From: Phycisphaerae bacterium
GTDB taxonomy: Bacteria; Planctomycetota; Phycisphaerae; JAAYCJ01
Length of the DNA stretch: 64,000 bases
Direction of reading: 5' to 3'
Assembly (NCBI GenBank): GCA_012729815.1
Contig: JAAYCJ010000014.1
Span: forward strand, 1,043-65,042
The notes below the pieces were generated by a model. The model was not told the DNA's origin. It searched no databases and saw only the letters and a list, made by a program, of their open reading frames with translations. Position 1 is the first letter of the stretch. Each line of letters starts with the position of its first letter. The position numbers and the translations under genes were made by a program. Shown here one piece after another: positions 38,839 through 48,303 of the stretch.

Positions 38839-39585
38839 CTACAGCCGCCGGCGGATCCATCCGACCGCGCCCAACCCGATCATCGCCAGCACGACTGCTC
38901 CGGGCGCCGGCACCGGGAGCGGCGCCGCCAGGATCATGTACCCTTCGCCAAACTGGTCGTTGTTCTCGCTGCTCCTGGCTGTGATCGCCGGAATCGCAAA
39001 GCCGCTGATCCAGAACCCCAACTCGAACCCTTCGCCGGGGTCCACGTTGTTGCCGAACTCAATCGCCAGCGCCGCAAAGTCGATCGTGTCGTTGCCGTCC
39101 TGCCCCAGCACGTGAAGCGAGGCGTCTACCGTTACGTCGCCGTACGGCGTGAACATGATCTCCGCCGCACCCGTGCCGCCCGGCACCACCGGATCGATCA
39201 CGTCGGCAATGGAAATCGGCAGGTTGCCGTTGTTGATTCCCCAGAACTCACCTGGAACCAGCAGCATCGCGAACCCGTGCCACGGCAACGTGCTCTCGTT
39301 GTACGCGCTGAAGTAGGTCAGCACCGGCGGCTCGTAAGGCGGGTATTCGTACGTCCACATGAACAACTCGATCTCCCGGTACCACGCTGCCGCGTCCAGC
39401 GTCCCGGGTCCGCTGTCGATAGGCGTGTGCGAGAACTCCGCATAGACGTCCACCTCCCCGGCGCCCGGCGGTGTCGAGTCCAGCGTCCCGTTGTGCTGGA
39501 CAATCGTGTGGATCACAGCCTGGGCCGGCAACGCGGCCGCCGCCGCGCATACAATTCCCCACAGCAGGACACGTACAGCTTTCAT
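38839..39585 (-). CDS. PEP-CTERM (VPAPG variant) exosortase-target protein
   Basis: Signal peptide MKAVRVLLWG...AQA and C-terminus VPAPGAVVLAMIGLGAVGWIRRRL. RBS GGAGG. Confidence 0.85.
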   Translation of the reverse strand: MKAVRVLLWGIVCAAAAALPAQAVIHTIVQHNGTLDSTPPGAGEVDVYAEFSHTPIDSGPGTLDAAAWYREIELFMWTYEYPPYEPPVLTYFSAYNESTLPWHGFAMLLVPGEFWGINNGNLPISIADVIDPVVPGGTGAAEIMFTPYGDVTVDASLHVLGQDGNDTIDFAALAIEFGNNVDPGEGFELGFWISGFAIPAITARSSENNDQFGEGYMILAAPLPVPAPGAVVLAMIGLGAVGWIRRRL

Positions 39586-39741
39586 GGTCTCCTCCCTTCG
39601 AAATGGCTGTGCAACGCAAACCCCGATCCCCGCCAACGGCCCATATAATAAACCGAGAGGTACGCTGTGTCAACAGCAAACCCGCCAGAAAACGCACCGT
39701 CGCGCTCGTGAATCGCTCCACCACGCCCCCGGCCGCCGCCG

Positions 39742-40245
39742 TCACGAACAATCCGCCATGACGCCCACCGGGTTATGAACGGACAAGAAAGAAAGGGGAC
39801 ATTCTACTTTTCCGGAGTCGCCATCCCATCTGGCGCCCGGTGAGCCAATGCACGGCCAGCACTTCACAACCGATGGCTCGCCGCAGGCGAGTGTCACGCG
39901 CCGTTCCCTTCGAGTACCCGCCGCCTCGATACAGCGTTGTCCGCCCCAGTGGTCGGCCGCAACCCAAGCCGCCGGACCAAGCCCCTTCTTGCCTTCCATC
40001 CAATTCTCGCCCCACGCCGCATCCACCTGGATCGGCACGTCCACCGCGATCGCCTTCGGCATCAGGTCGCTGACCTCGGCCTCCATCCACTCGATCCCCG
40101 CCTTCGGCCCAGCCGGACTCCGGGCCGAACAGGCATCGTACCTCGCCGCCACCAGCACGCACCGCTCAGCGCCGGCCGACTCGCCCCAGACCGCCCCGGG
40201 TGCCAGCCACAACACGCCGATCACCAGCCCGTACGCCATCCGCAT
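39742..40245 (-). pseudogene. Chimeric ORF: signal-peptide gene fragment fused to a copy of the PolA C-terminal ~40 aa
   Basis: RBS GGAGGT, MRMAYGLVIGVLWLAPGAVWG, then GIEWMEAEVSDLMPKAIAVDVPIQVDAAWGENWMEGK. The polA stop TAG is AAG here. Confidence 0.6.
39968..40098 (-). repeat. Diverged direct repeat of the polA 3' end (partner 42929-43059)
   Basis: Ungapped 131-bp hand alignment with ~19 mismatches (~85% identity). Includes 17 nt beyond the stop codon. Confidence 0.92.
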
Positions 40246-40533
40246 TGCACACCACCTCCGCGTCTGCCACCTTCAGCGGGCAGGCGTCTCCCGCTCCTGA
40301 AAACTGCGAAATCCCCAACCACTATCAAACGTGAAATAAGACTATACCGGCTAACCCCTGGCTGAAGATGCAAAGCTGCTGCTGGACCGACAACAACCAC
40401 ACCATGAATCATAAAAACGACACATAACGCAACTGAAAACCCCTGGCTCCGACGAGCAGAGAACGCAAACACCTTAAACAACCGAAGGCGAACGCCCTGC
40501 GAAACCACCAGTTGTCTCCGTGACGCCGATGGT

Positions 40534-42579
40534 CTACCGCAGCGTCGTCTCGACGTCGAACGGCGGGCTTGGCTCGCAGTCGTTCCACCGGATGGTGCCA
40601 TCCCCCCACGGCCGCGTCTCACCACGAATTGTCCAATTCGTGGCATCGAAAACGAGGTCGGGGAGATCCACCCCCCCACCAAGTCTTCGCTTGGTTTTCG
40701 TGACCTCGCCCGTATGCTTATCGACCTTGGTTTCAGTGTACTCCAAGCTGGTGGTGTCCTGAAAGTTAAGCCAGCCCGAACCTGTTTCCCCGTCGGCAAG
40801 CCCGCCGAATGTGTGAAGGGGATCGCGAGTGATATTCTGGGAATCGCCGCCTTCGTACGTGATGAGAACTTCATCATCCTCATACTTGCCCTTGACCTGC
40901 CAGGTGACGATCGTGGCGCTTTCATCGAGAAATAGCTCGGCCGCTCCGACTCGCTCTTGTCGGAGATACGCGAAAACGGGGTCATGCCACGGAACCATGC
41001 AGCGGACGTAGGCCAGGTACGTGATGGTGTACCCGCCGTCCCCCATGGGGCCGGTAATCACGAACGACGGTTTCCACGCCAGCACGGTGCGACTCGGACC
41101 GCGCCGACCGTCGGGCAGCACCCCGTACATCTCACCAAACGCGCCCGCCGGCATATTGAACGACCAGCCCTCGATCAGCGATGGAAGCGGCACGTGCGGT
41201 CTGCCGGCGGTCGGATGCACGTCGTACGCGCCGATGTTCCCGACGGCCCCTCCGATATGCACCTCGCAATTGTCTTCCAGCAGGCCGTCGACGTACATCC
41301 GGCTGTCGGGGGCAATCCACAATTCGTGGATGTCCGGAACCAGGGCCAGTGTGCTTATCGCGATGTCTGGGTCTTCTTGAAAGAACAGAGTACAGGACTG
41401 CTTCTTGTCCTGGTACGTGCGCATCCTTCCCAGATCGAGAACGTTCCACGCCCAACCGGTGTCCACGGCCCCTCCCGGAGGGACTCTTTTCTTCAGACAC
41501 ACGAACTCGCCCAGCGAGTACTCCAGATTGCTCCCGGTCAGCTCCTGCAGCAGGGTCAGCCCGGCCCGCGCCGCGACAGTCCAAGGCGGCGAACCGACCC
41601 ATCCTATCACATATTCCCCTTTGCATTTCTCATGCAGCAGATTAGCCCACGGGCCTTCTGCATCTGTGTACCCGACAGTGAAAACCGGCGAGCATAGCGA
41701 GTACAGGAATGTCCTGTCCGGAAAATCGCCGGTGGCGTAGTGACGCACGAAGTCGGGTGAAACCGTGAAGTAGTCCCGCCAGACCGGTTTCTTGCCCGCG
41801 ACCTTGCTGATCACCGAGGCCAACGCGAGGCGCTTTTCCAGCAGGTCCTTGGCGTAGGGCCGCAACGATTCGGCGTCGGTGGGCACCGGCGTGGTTGTCG
41901 TCACCCACTTTGTCCCGTTCGGCGTCGTGATCAGGATGATCACCCCGTACTGCGTGAGGCTCTTGAAGAGCTCGACCGTCGCCTCCTTCGGCTTGACGTC
42001 ATACCCGCGGTCCTTGAGCATCTTCTCGAACAGATCCCGGACCTCCTCGCCATAAATCGGGTCAACCACCGTGCTGCTTGTCGCGATCAGGGCCTTGTTG
42101 CTGGCGGGAAACCAAACGCGACTCTCCTGAAAGAGGCGGCCGCCGGTGACGTCATCAACCTCCGCAACCTTGGCCGATGCCTTCGGAACGACCGTCTCCT
42201 CAACAGTCTCGTCGGGAATGGCCAGTTGTTCCGCCTCGTCGATCACCACGAACGCGTGGTTCATCCCCGACTTGAACACCGTCTCAACCCGCCGCCCGTC
42301 GGCATCGAGGGCGGCGCTTTCCACCCGCGGCTCGACCGCCAGCGACTCGACCAGCGACTGCAAAACCGTCTCGACCGCCTCCCCGTCCTCGATCATCGCC
42401 GTCAGCCGCTCTCCCTGGCTGCGAATCACCGACAGGTCCGTTACCACCTTCTCAGCCGCCTCGGCGTTCGGATCCCCGGGTGGATCATCGCCTATGCCGT
42501 CGCACCCAGACCCGATGACCAACCCGCACCCGACTGCCAATGCCACCACCCGTGGGATAAACGTGTTCTGGAAAAACAT
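40534..42579 (-). CDS. Hypothetical lipoprotein
   Basis: 681-aa ORF with lipobox-like VIGSG-C and more heterogeneous codon usage than its neighbours. No recognised domain. Confidence 0.7.
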   Translation of the reverse strand: MFFQNTFIPRVVALAVGCGLVIGSGCDGIGDDPPGDPNAEAAEKVVTDLSVIRSQGERLTAMIEDGEAVETVLQSLVESLAVEPRVESAALDADGRRVETVFKSGMNHAFVVIDEAEQLAIPDETVEETVVPKASAKVAEVDDVTGGRLFQESRVWFPASNKALIATSSTVVDPIYGEEVRDLFEKMLKDRGYDVKPKEATVELFKSLTQYGVIILITTPNGTKWVTTTTPVPTDAESLRPYAKDLLEKRLALASVISKVAGKKPVWRDYFTVSPDFVRHYATGDFPDRTFLYSLCSPVFTVGYTDAEGPWANLLHEKCKGEYVIGWVGSPPWTVAARAGLTLLQELTGSNLEYSLGEFVCLKKRVPPGGAVDTGWAWNVLDLGRMRTYQDKKQSCTLFFQEDPDIAISTLALVPDIHELWIAPDSRMYVDGLLEDNCEVHIGGAVGNIGAYDVHPTAGRPHVPLPSLIEGWSFNMPAGAFGEMYGVLPDGRRGPSRTVLAWKPSFVITGPMGDGGYTITYLAYVRCMVPWHDPVFAYLRQERVGAAELFLDESATIVTWQVKGKYEDDEVLITYEGGDSQNITRDPLHTFGGLADGETGSGWLNFQDTTSLEYTETKVDKHTGEVTKTKRRLGGGVDLPDLVFDATNWTIRGETRPWGDGTIRWNDCEPSPPFDVETTLR

Positions 42580-42702
42580 ACGCTCACCCTCGAAAAGGCG
42601 TTACTGCATATCGAGAAGAGACCCGCACCTCTACGCGTTGACCGCCCTTTCGTCTGTAAAGTTAGACCTTGCAGTGGTTCAAGAATCAGCCAACGCAACT
42701 CT

Positions 42703-42731
42703 ATTATAGGGCAAAATGAATCGTTACGCAA
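42703..42731 (-). promoter_or_regulatory. Putative sigma70 promoter for the inserted lipoprotein gene
   Basis: TTGCGT, 17 nt spacer, TATAAT on the minus strand. Confidence 0.6.
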
Positions 42732-42945
42732 GCACGAATCGCCGCACTCCCGAACCGCCCGCTATGGACCTGGCAGAGCGATCTGGACACCCAGAGATAT
42801 GCCTCTACTCCGGCTTGCGTTCTCGGTAGGCCCGCTGGTTCTCGCCGACGGCAAAGCTCCTCGTCACTCTCCCGGCCGTCCCCGTCGAAGGGGATACTGT
42901 CTGCCGCTGACAGCCCACCGCAACGGCGGCCGCCGGGCCAAGCCC

Positions 42946-45654
42946 CTACTTGCCTTCCATCCAGTTCTCCCCCCACGCCGCGTCCACCTTGATCGGCACG
43001 TCCACCTTGATCGCGTTCTCCATCAGCTCGCTGACTTCGGCTGCAGTCCGTTCGATCCCGTCTCGTGGGGCCTCGAACACCAGCTCGTCGTGCACCTGCA
43101 CCAGCATCTCCGCCGGCAGTTGTCCCTTGTGCACCTTCTCGTGAATGTCGATCATCGCCACCTTGATCAAATCCGCCGCCGACCCTTGCACCACCGCGTT
43201 AAACGCCGTCCGCTCGCCGAAGTGCCGCAAACCCGGATTACGCGAATGCAGCTCCGGGATCGGCCGCCGCCGACCGAGGATCGTCATCGCGTACCCGCTG
43301 TCCTTGGCCTCGCGCACCACCTTTTCGCGCAACTCCCCAACCGTCGAATACGTCCGGAAATACGCGTCGATGAACTTCTGCGCCTCCGTCCGCGTCACGC
43401 CGATCGTCTGCGCCAGCCCGTGCGCCGTCTGGCCGTACATCAGCCCGAAATTCACCGTCTTGGCCACCCGCCGCTGCTCCGACGTCACCAGGTTAATGTC
43501 CACGCCGAATACCTGCGACGCCACAAACGAATGGATGTCCAGGTCCTCCCGAAACGCCTTGACCAAACTCGGGTCCTTGCTGAAGTGCGCCAACAGCCGA
43601 AGCTCGATCTGCGAATAGTCGCACGTCAACAGCACATTCCGCTGCGGGTCCGCCGGCACGAACGCCGCCCGGATCTGCTGCCCGAGCTCCGACCGGATCG
43701 GAATGTTCTGAAGGTTCGGCTCGCTCGAGCTCAGCCGGCCCGTCGCCGTCACCGTCTGATTGAACGACGCGTGAATCCGCCCCGTCCGCTCGCTGATCAT
43801 CTCCGGCAGCTTGTCGATGTACGTGTTCTTGAGCTTAATGAGCTGGCGATACTCCAGCACCATCTTCGGCACCGGATGCTTCCACGCCAGCGACTCCAGC
43901 ACGTCCCCGTCGGTGCTCCGGCCCGTCTTGGTCAGCCGGCCCACCGGCAGAGACAACGCATCGAACAGCACCTCCGCCAACTGCTTCGGCGAGTCGATGT
44001 TGAACGAACGGCCCACCTGCTGGTGAATCCGCCGCGTCAGATCCAGCAACTGATCGCCTAGCCGGTTCGACAGCTTCGCCAGCTTCTCCGTGTCGATCGT
44101 CACCCCCCGATATTCCATGTCCGCCAGCACCCGCACCAGCGGCATCTCCACCTCCTCGAACAGGTTCGACAGGTGGTTCTCCCGCAACGGCGGCCCGAGC
44201 CGCTCGCAAAGCCGCCACGCCACCCACGCGTCCTCAGCCGAGTACTCCGTCACCGCCTCCGTCGGCACCTGGTCCAGCGTGAGCTGATTCCGACCCTTGC
44301 CGATCAACTCCCCGATCTTGATCGTATCGTACCCCAGAAACTCCTTGGCCAGCAGATCCAGGTTGTGGCCCGCCCGCGACGGGTCCAGCAGGTAGCTCGC
44401 CACCATCGAGTCGAACGCCACGTTCGCCAGCTCGATCCCCGCGTTCCGCAGCACGATCAGATCGTACTTCAGATTCTGCCCCACCTTCCCGACCTTCGCA
44501 TCCTCCAGCAGCGCCTTGAGAATCGCCAGCGCCTTGTCCGCCTCCAGGTGCTGCCCGTCGACCGACCGCAGCGGCACGTAAAACGCCTCCCGATCGTCGG
44601 CACACAACGACACGCCTACCAGCCGCGACGCCATCGGGTCCGTCCCCGTCGTCTCCGTGTCCACGCTGAGACGCTTGCCCGCGCCAAACCGCCGGGCCAG
44701 CGTCTCCAACTCCTCCAGCGAACGAACCTGCCGGAACTGAGGCTTCTCGATCTGCGTATCGACCCGCGCCTGCTCGCGAAGCTCCTGGCTCGCCTCCTCC
44801 AGACCAAACTGCTGAATGAACCGCGTGAACCCCAACTCCGTCAGCAGTGTCGCCAGCCGACCCCGATCCGGTATCTCCGGCCGCCATTGCTCCGGCTCAA
44901 ACCGCAGCGGAACGTCCTTCCGCAGAGTCACCAGCCGCTGCGACAACCGAATCTTTTCCACGTTCCGCGGATCCGAAAAAAACTCCCTCACCTTCGGCGT
45001 CAACTTATCTTTATTTTCTATAACGCCATTCAGGCTCCCGTACTCCTGGATCAGCTTCGCCGCCGTCTTGGGGCCCACCCCAGGAACCCCGGGCACATTG
45101 TCCGTCGTATCCCCCATCAACGCCAGAAAATCGATGATCTGACCCGCGCTCACTCCTTTTTCGGTATCCAATACCTTAGTGTCAATCATCTTTTCTTTGG
45201 TGCTGTCATAGATGACGACATCCCCGTCCAGCAACTGCTGCAGGTCCTTGTCCTTCGAACAAATGACCGTCTTGATCCCCGCCGCCCGGGCCTGCTCAGC
45301 CAGCGTGGCGATCACGTCGTCAGCCTCGTAACCGGGCACCACAATCACCGGCACCCCCATCGCCTCCAGCACCTGGTGGCACCGCCGAATCTGCACCGCC
45401 ATATCCTCCGCCATCGGCGGACGGTTCGCCTTGTACTCCGGATAAAGCTCCGACCGGAACGTCTTGCCCGGCGGGTCAAATACCGCCACCAGGTAGTCCG
45501 GCTTATGCTCCCGCAGAATCTTCAGCAGCACCGACGTCACTCCATACGTTGCGTTGGTCGGCTCGCCCGACGCGCTCGACAGGTTCCGAATCGCAAAATA
45601 TGCGGCATAAAGATGCGAATGCCCGTCGACGATGTATAATTTCCGTTCGGTCAT
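42946..45654 (-). CDS. polA: DNA polymerase I
   Basis: 5'-3' exonuclease (DGHS, YEADD, GDTTDNVPGVPGVGPKTA), 3'-5' exonuclease (DTET) and polymerase motifs TATGRLSS, DYSQIELR, AKTVNFG and QVHDELVFE. Confidence 0.98.
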   Translation of the reverse strand: MTERKLYIVDGHSHLYAAYFAIRNLSSASGEPTNATYGVTSVLLKILREHKPDYLVAVFDPPGKTFRSELYPEYKANRPPMAEDMAVQIRRCHQVLEAMGVPVIVVPGYEADDVIATLAEQARAAGIKTVICSKDKDLQQLLDGDVVIYDSTKEKMIDTKVLDTEKGVSAGQIIDFLALMGDTTDNVPGVPGVGPKTAAKLIQEYGSLNGVIENKDKLTPKVREFFSDPRNVEKIRLSQRLVTLRKDVPLRFEPEQWRPEIPDRGRLATLLTELGFTRFIQQFGLEEASQELREQARVDTQIEKPQFRQVRSLEELETLARRFGAGKRLSVDTETTGTDPMASRLVGVSLCADDREAFYVPLRSVDGQHLEADKALAILKALLEDAKVGKVGQNLKYDLIVLRNAGIELANVAFDSMVASYLLDPSRAGHNLDLLAKEFLGYDTIKIGELIGKGRNQLTLDQVPTEAVTEYSAEDAWVAWRLCERLGPPLRENHLSNLFEEVEMPLVRVLADMEYRGVTIDTEKLAKLSNRLGDQLLDLTRRIHQQVGRSFNIDSPKQLAEVLFDALSLPVGRLTKTGRSTDGDVLESLAWKHPVPKMVLEYRQLIKLKNTYIDKLPEMISERTGRIHASFNQTVTATGRLSSSEPNLQNIPIRSELGQQIRAAFVPADPQRNVLLTCDYSQIELRLLAHFSKDPSLVKAFREDLDIHSFVASQVFGVDINLVTSEQRRVAKTVNFGLMYGQTAHGLAQTIGVTRTEAQKFIDAYFRTYSTVGELREKVVREAKDSGYAMTILGRRRPIPELHSRNPGLRHFGERTAFNAVVQGSAADLIKVAMIDIHEKVHKGQLPAEMLVQVHDELVFEAPRDGIERTAAEVSELMENAIKVDVPIKVDAAWGENWMEGK

Positions 45655-45831
45655 GACTGGGTCGCCCGTTGATTACTGATGGAATGCTAATTGTGTTGAT
45701 TCTCGACAGCCCGGTCAACTTTTTTGTTGACTGAACCCGAGTTCCGTCTTAAGTTTAATTGTCGCATAGACTTGCTGTTGCATACCGCATGCTTTCCGGC
45801 GGCGTGAAACCGTAGTTTAGGAGCACTCGAC

Positions 45832-47214
45832 ATGGCGGTTCAGCCAAGCAGCCCGCGTTCTGTACCATTATATGTCCTGATCATTTTCATCGTCCTGTTC
45901 CTCGCCTCGGTCACCGGGCTTGTCGTGCTGTTCCTCTACCAGGAAGAGCTGCGCCAGAACGCCGACAAGTGGGAACGCCAGTACAACGAACTCGTCGGCA
46001 GGGGGGCCACCGAAACCAAACTCCGCGAATACGCCGGCGCCGGTCAGGCTCAGCGGACCTCCGCGGTCGGAGCCCTCGTCGCTGAGCGCGACGAACTGGC
46101 CCGCATGCTCACCGGCTCGACCGGGTCATCCGTCAGTCAGGCCCAGGCCCAGGTCGAACAGCTTCTGGCCTCCGTCCCCGATCAACTCGGCGCGGTCAAA
46201 CAGCAAGGCCAGGTGGACATGGTCGCCGCCTTCACCCAGGCCATCGGGACCATTCAGTCGCTCCAACAGCAACTCGCCGCCGCCCAACAGCAACTCACAG
46301 ACGCCCAGAGCCGGGCCGACACCATCGCCGCCCAGTATCAGGACCTGGAGACCAAGTATAAGGAAAGCACTCAGCAGATCACCCAGCAGCTCCAGAACCT
46401 CCAGAAGCAATTCGAACAGTACAAACAGCAGCACGAGCAGCAGTTGGCCAGCATCCAGGAGCAGATCGGCGGCGATCTCAAGCAGCGCATGACCGACGTC
46501 CAGCAGTCCTTCAGCGAAAACGTCGACGAGCTGCGAGACATGGTCCGGCGCAACCTCCAGACCCTCGTTCGCACCATGAAGCAACTCGCTCCCGGCGGCC
46601 AGCGCATGGCGGCGTCGCTGACCGTCGAGAAACTCCTCCAGCAAAACGACGGCCAGGTCCTGACCATCTCCGGCGACGTGATCTACGTCAGTCTCGGAGC
46701 CGACCAGAACGTCCGGCCCGGAGCCCGCTTCTATGTCTACTCCGCGCTTCAGGAAGGCTCAGCCAAACCCGAACCCAAGGCCTACATCGAAATCACCAAG
46801 GTCGGCGACCTGACCAGCGAGGCCACCCTCATCGCCCGACGGCCCGGCCAGCCCGTTCTCGCCAATGACCTGCTCGGTAACCTCGTCTACGACCGCGACC
46901 GCCAACTCACCTTCTTCGTCATGGGACGGTTCGACTTCAACAAGGACAACTATCCCGACCCGAACGGCAAGGAGAGAATCACCGACATCATCCGCGCCTC
47001 CGGCGGCCAGGTGGCCGATCAGCTCTCGCCCAACGTCGATTTTGTCGTCATGGGCGACGCCTCGAAGGCCGCAGCCGAAGGCGAGGAAGCCGACCAGGAC
47101 GAACAGGATCAGTCGTTCGACGAACTGAAGGACCAGGTTCAGGCGATGGCCATTCCGACCGTCGACGCCGATACGTTCATCACCTACACCGGCCACGCAC
47201 AGAACCTCCAATAG
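45832..47214 (+). CDS. Membrane-anchored coiled-coil protein with a C-terminal BRCT-like domain
   Basis: N-terminal TM helix, Q-rich heptads, a small beta-domain, and a BRCT-like tail 'IIRASGGQVADQLSPNVDFVVMG'. Confidence 0.65.
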   Translation: MAVQPSSPRSVPLYVLIIFIVLFLASVTGLVVLFLYQEELRQNADKWERQYNELVGRGATETKLREYAGAGQAQRTSAVGALVAERDELARMLTGSTGSSVSQAQAQVEQLLASVPDQLGAVKQQGQVDMVAAFTQAIGTIQSLQQQLAAAQQQLTDAQSRADTIAAQYQDLETKYKESTQQITQQLQNLQKQFEQYKQQHEQQLASIQEQIGGDLKQRMTDVQQSFSENVDELRDMVRRNLQTLVRTMKQLAPGGQRMAASLTVEKLLQQNDGQVLTISGDVIYVSLGADQNVRPGARFYVYSALQEGSAKPEPKAYIEITKVGDLTSEATLIARRPGQPVLANDLLGNLVYDRDRQLTFFVMGRFDFNKDNYPDPNGKERITDIIRASGGQVADQLSPNVDFVVMGDASKAAAEGEEADQDEQDQSFDELKDQVQAMAIPTVDADTFITYTGHAQNLQ

Positions 47215-47252
47215 GGTGACCGATCACAAACTCGTTTCAATGCGGACGACCC

Positions 47253-48209
47253 ATGGGTAAGGATAAACCACGTCTGGGACGGGGACTGGCGTCCCTCGTC
47301 AGCCAACTCGCCGAACCAATGCCAGCCGCGGCCGTGTCCGATCCGGAAGTCCACGCCGCCGACCACACCGGCGGCGACGGCCCCGCCTTCGCGCCGCCCG
47401 CCGACGCCGTCCCGGCCCGGCTGCTCGCCCTCGACCTGGTCGATCCCAACCCCTATCAGCCGCGGAGCGACTTCAGCGACGACGGCCTCGAACAACTCGT
47501 CGCCTCCATCCGCGAGCAGGGCGTCGTTCAGCCAATCGTCGTCCGACCGCACGGCCAGCGATTCCAACTCATCGCCGGCCAACGCCGACTCGAAGCCTCG
47601 CGCCGCGCCGAGATGCGCACCATTCCCGCCGTCATCCGGCAGGCCGATGACCGGCAGATGCTCGAAATCGCCCTCGTCGAAAACATCCATCGCGAAGACC
47701 TCAACTGCGTCGACCGGGCTCAGGCCTACCGCCGATACGAGCAGACCTTCGGCTTCGGCGCCGAGCAGATCGCCGAACGACTCGGCCAGGACCGCACCAC
47801 CGTCACCAACTACCTGCGACTGCTCGCCTTGCCCGACGAAGTCCTCCAGCTCCTCCGTCACGACCGCCTCAGCATGGGCCACGCCCGCGCCCTGGCCGGA
47901 CTCGACAACCCCTCGCTCCAGATCAAGCTGGCCGTCAAGATCGTCCAGCAGGGCCTCTCCGTCCGCCAGGCCGAAGCCCTCGTCGCCGAAAGCAAGCAGG
48001 AGCATCCGCCGACCGCCAAAAAACCGCCGGCCAAGCATCCCAACATCCTCGACCTCGAACAGCAGATGACCCGCGCCTTAAGCACCCGCGTCCAGATCAA
48101 CCCCGCCCGCAAAAAAGGCCAGGGAAAAATCATGATCGAGTTCTACAGCTTCGACGACTTTGAAAGGATCATGGACCGGATCTGCGGCGAGCAGCGAGAA
48201 GAACTCTAG
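47253..48209 (+). CDS. parB: Chromosome partitioning protein ParB/Spo0J
   Basis: LGRGLASL, NPYQPR, GVVQPIVVR, IAGQRRLEA, LVENIHREDL and an HTH. Confidence 0.95.
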   Translation: MGKDKPRLGRGLASLVSQLAEPMPAAAVSDPEVHAADHTGGDGPAFAPPADAVPARLLALDLVDPNPYQPRSDFSDDGLEQLVASIREQGVVQPIVVRPHGQRFQLIAGQRRLEASRRAEMRTIPAVIRQADDRQMLEIALVENIHREDLNCVDRAQAYRRYEQTFGFGAEQIAERLGQDRTTVTNYLRLLALPDEVLQLLRHDRLSMGHARALAGLDNPSLQIKLAVKIVQQGLSVRQAEALVAESKQEHPPTAKKPPAKHPNILDLEQQMTRALSTRVQINPARKKGQGKIMIEFYSFDDFERIMDRICGEQREEL

Positions 48210-48303
48210 CGCCGCACGCCGCGCGTCGCCGGCGCCCTTCACTTCCACCCGTCAACCCCTTTTCGGAACCGTCATTCTCCGCAATTCACAGGCAGGGCAA
48301 ATC

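Noticed and set aside
39968-43059. polA tail duplication as a diversity-generating retroelement TR/VR pair
   Set aside because: Mismatches are not confined to adenines of either copy (C/T and G/C synonymous changes occur), and no reverse transcriptase is present.
45793-45812. Possible parS site (CGTGAAAC; similar word at ~40330)
   Set aside because: Only a half-site of the TGTTTCACGTGAAACA consensus, and not palindromic.
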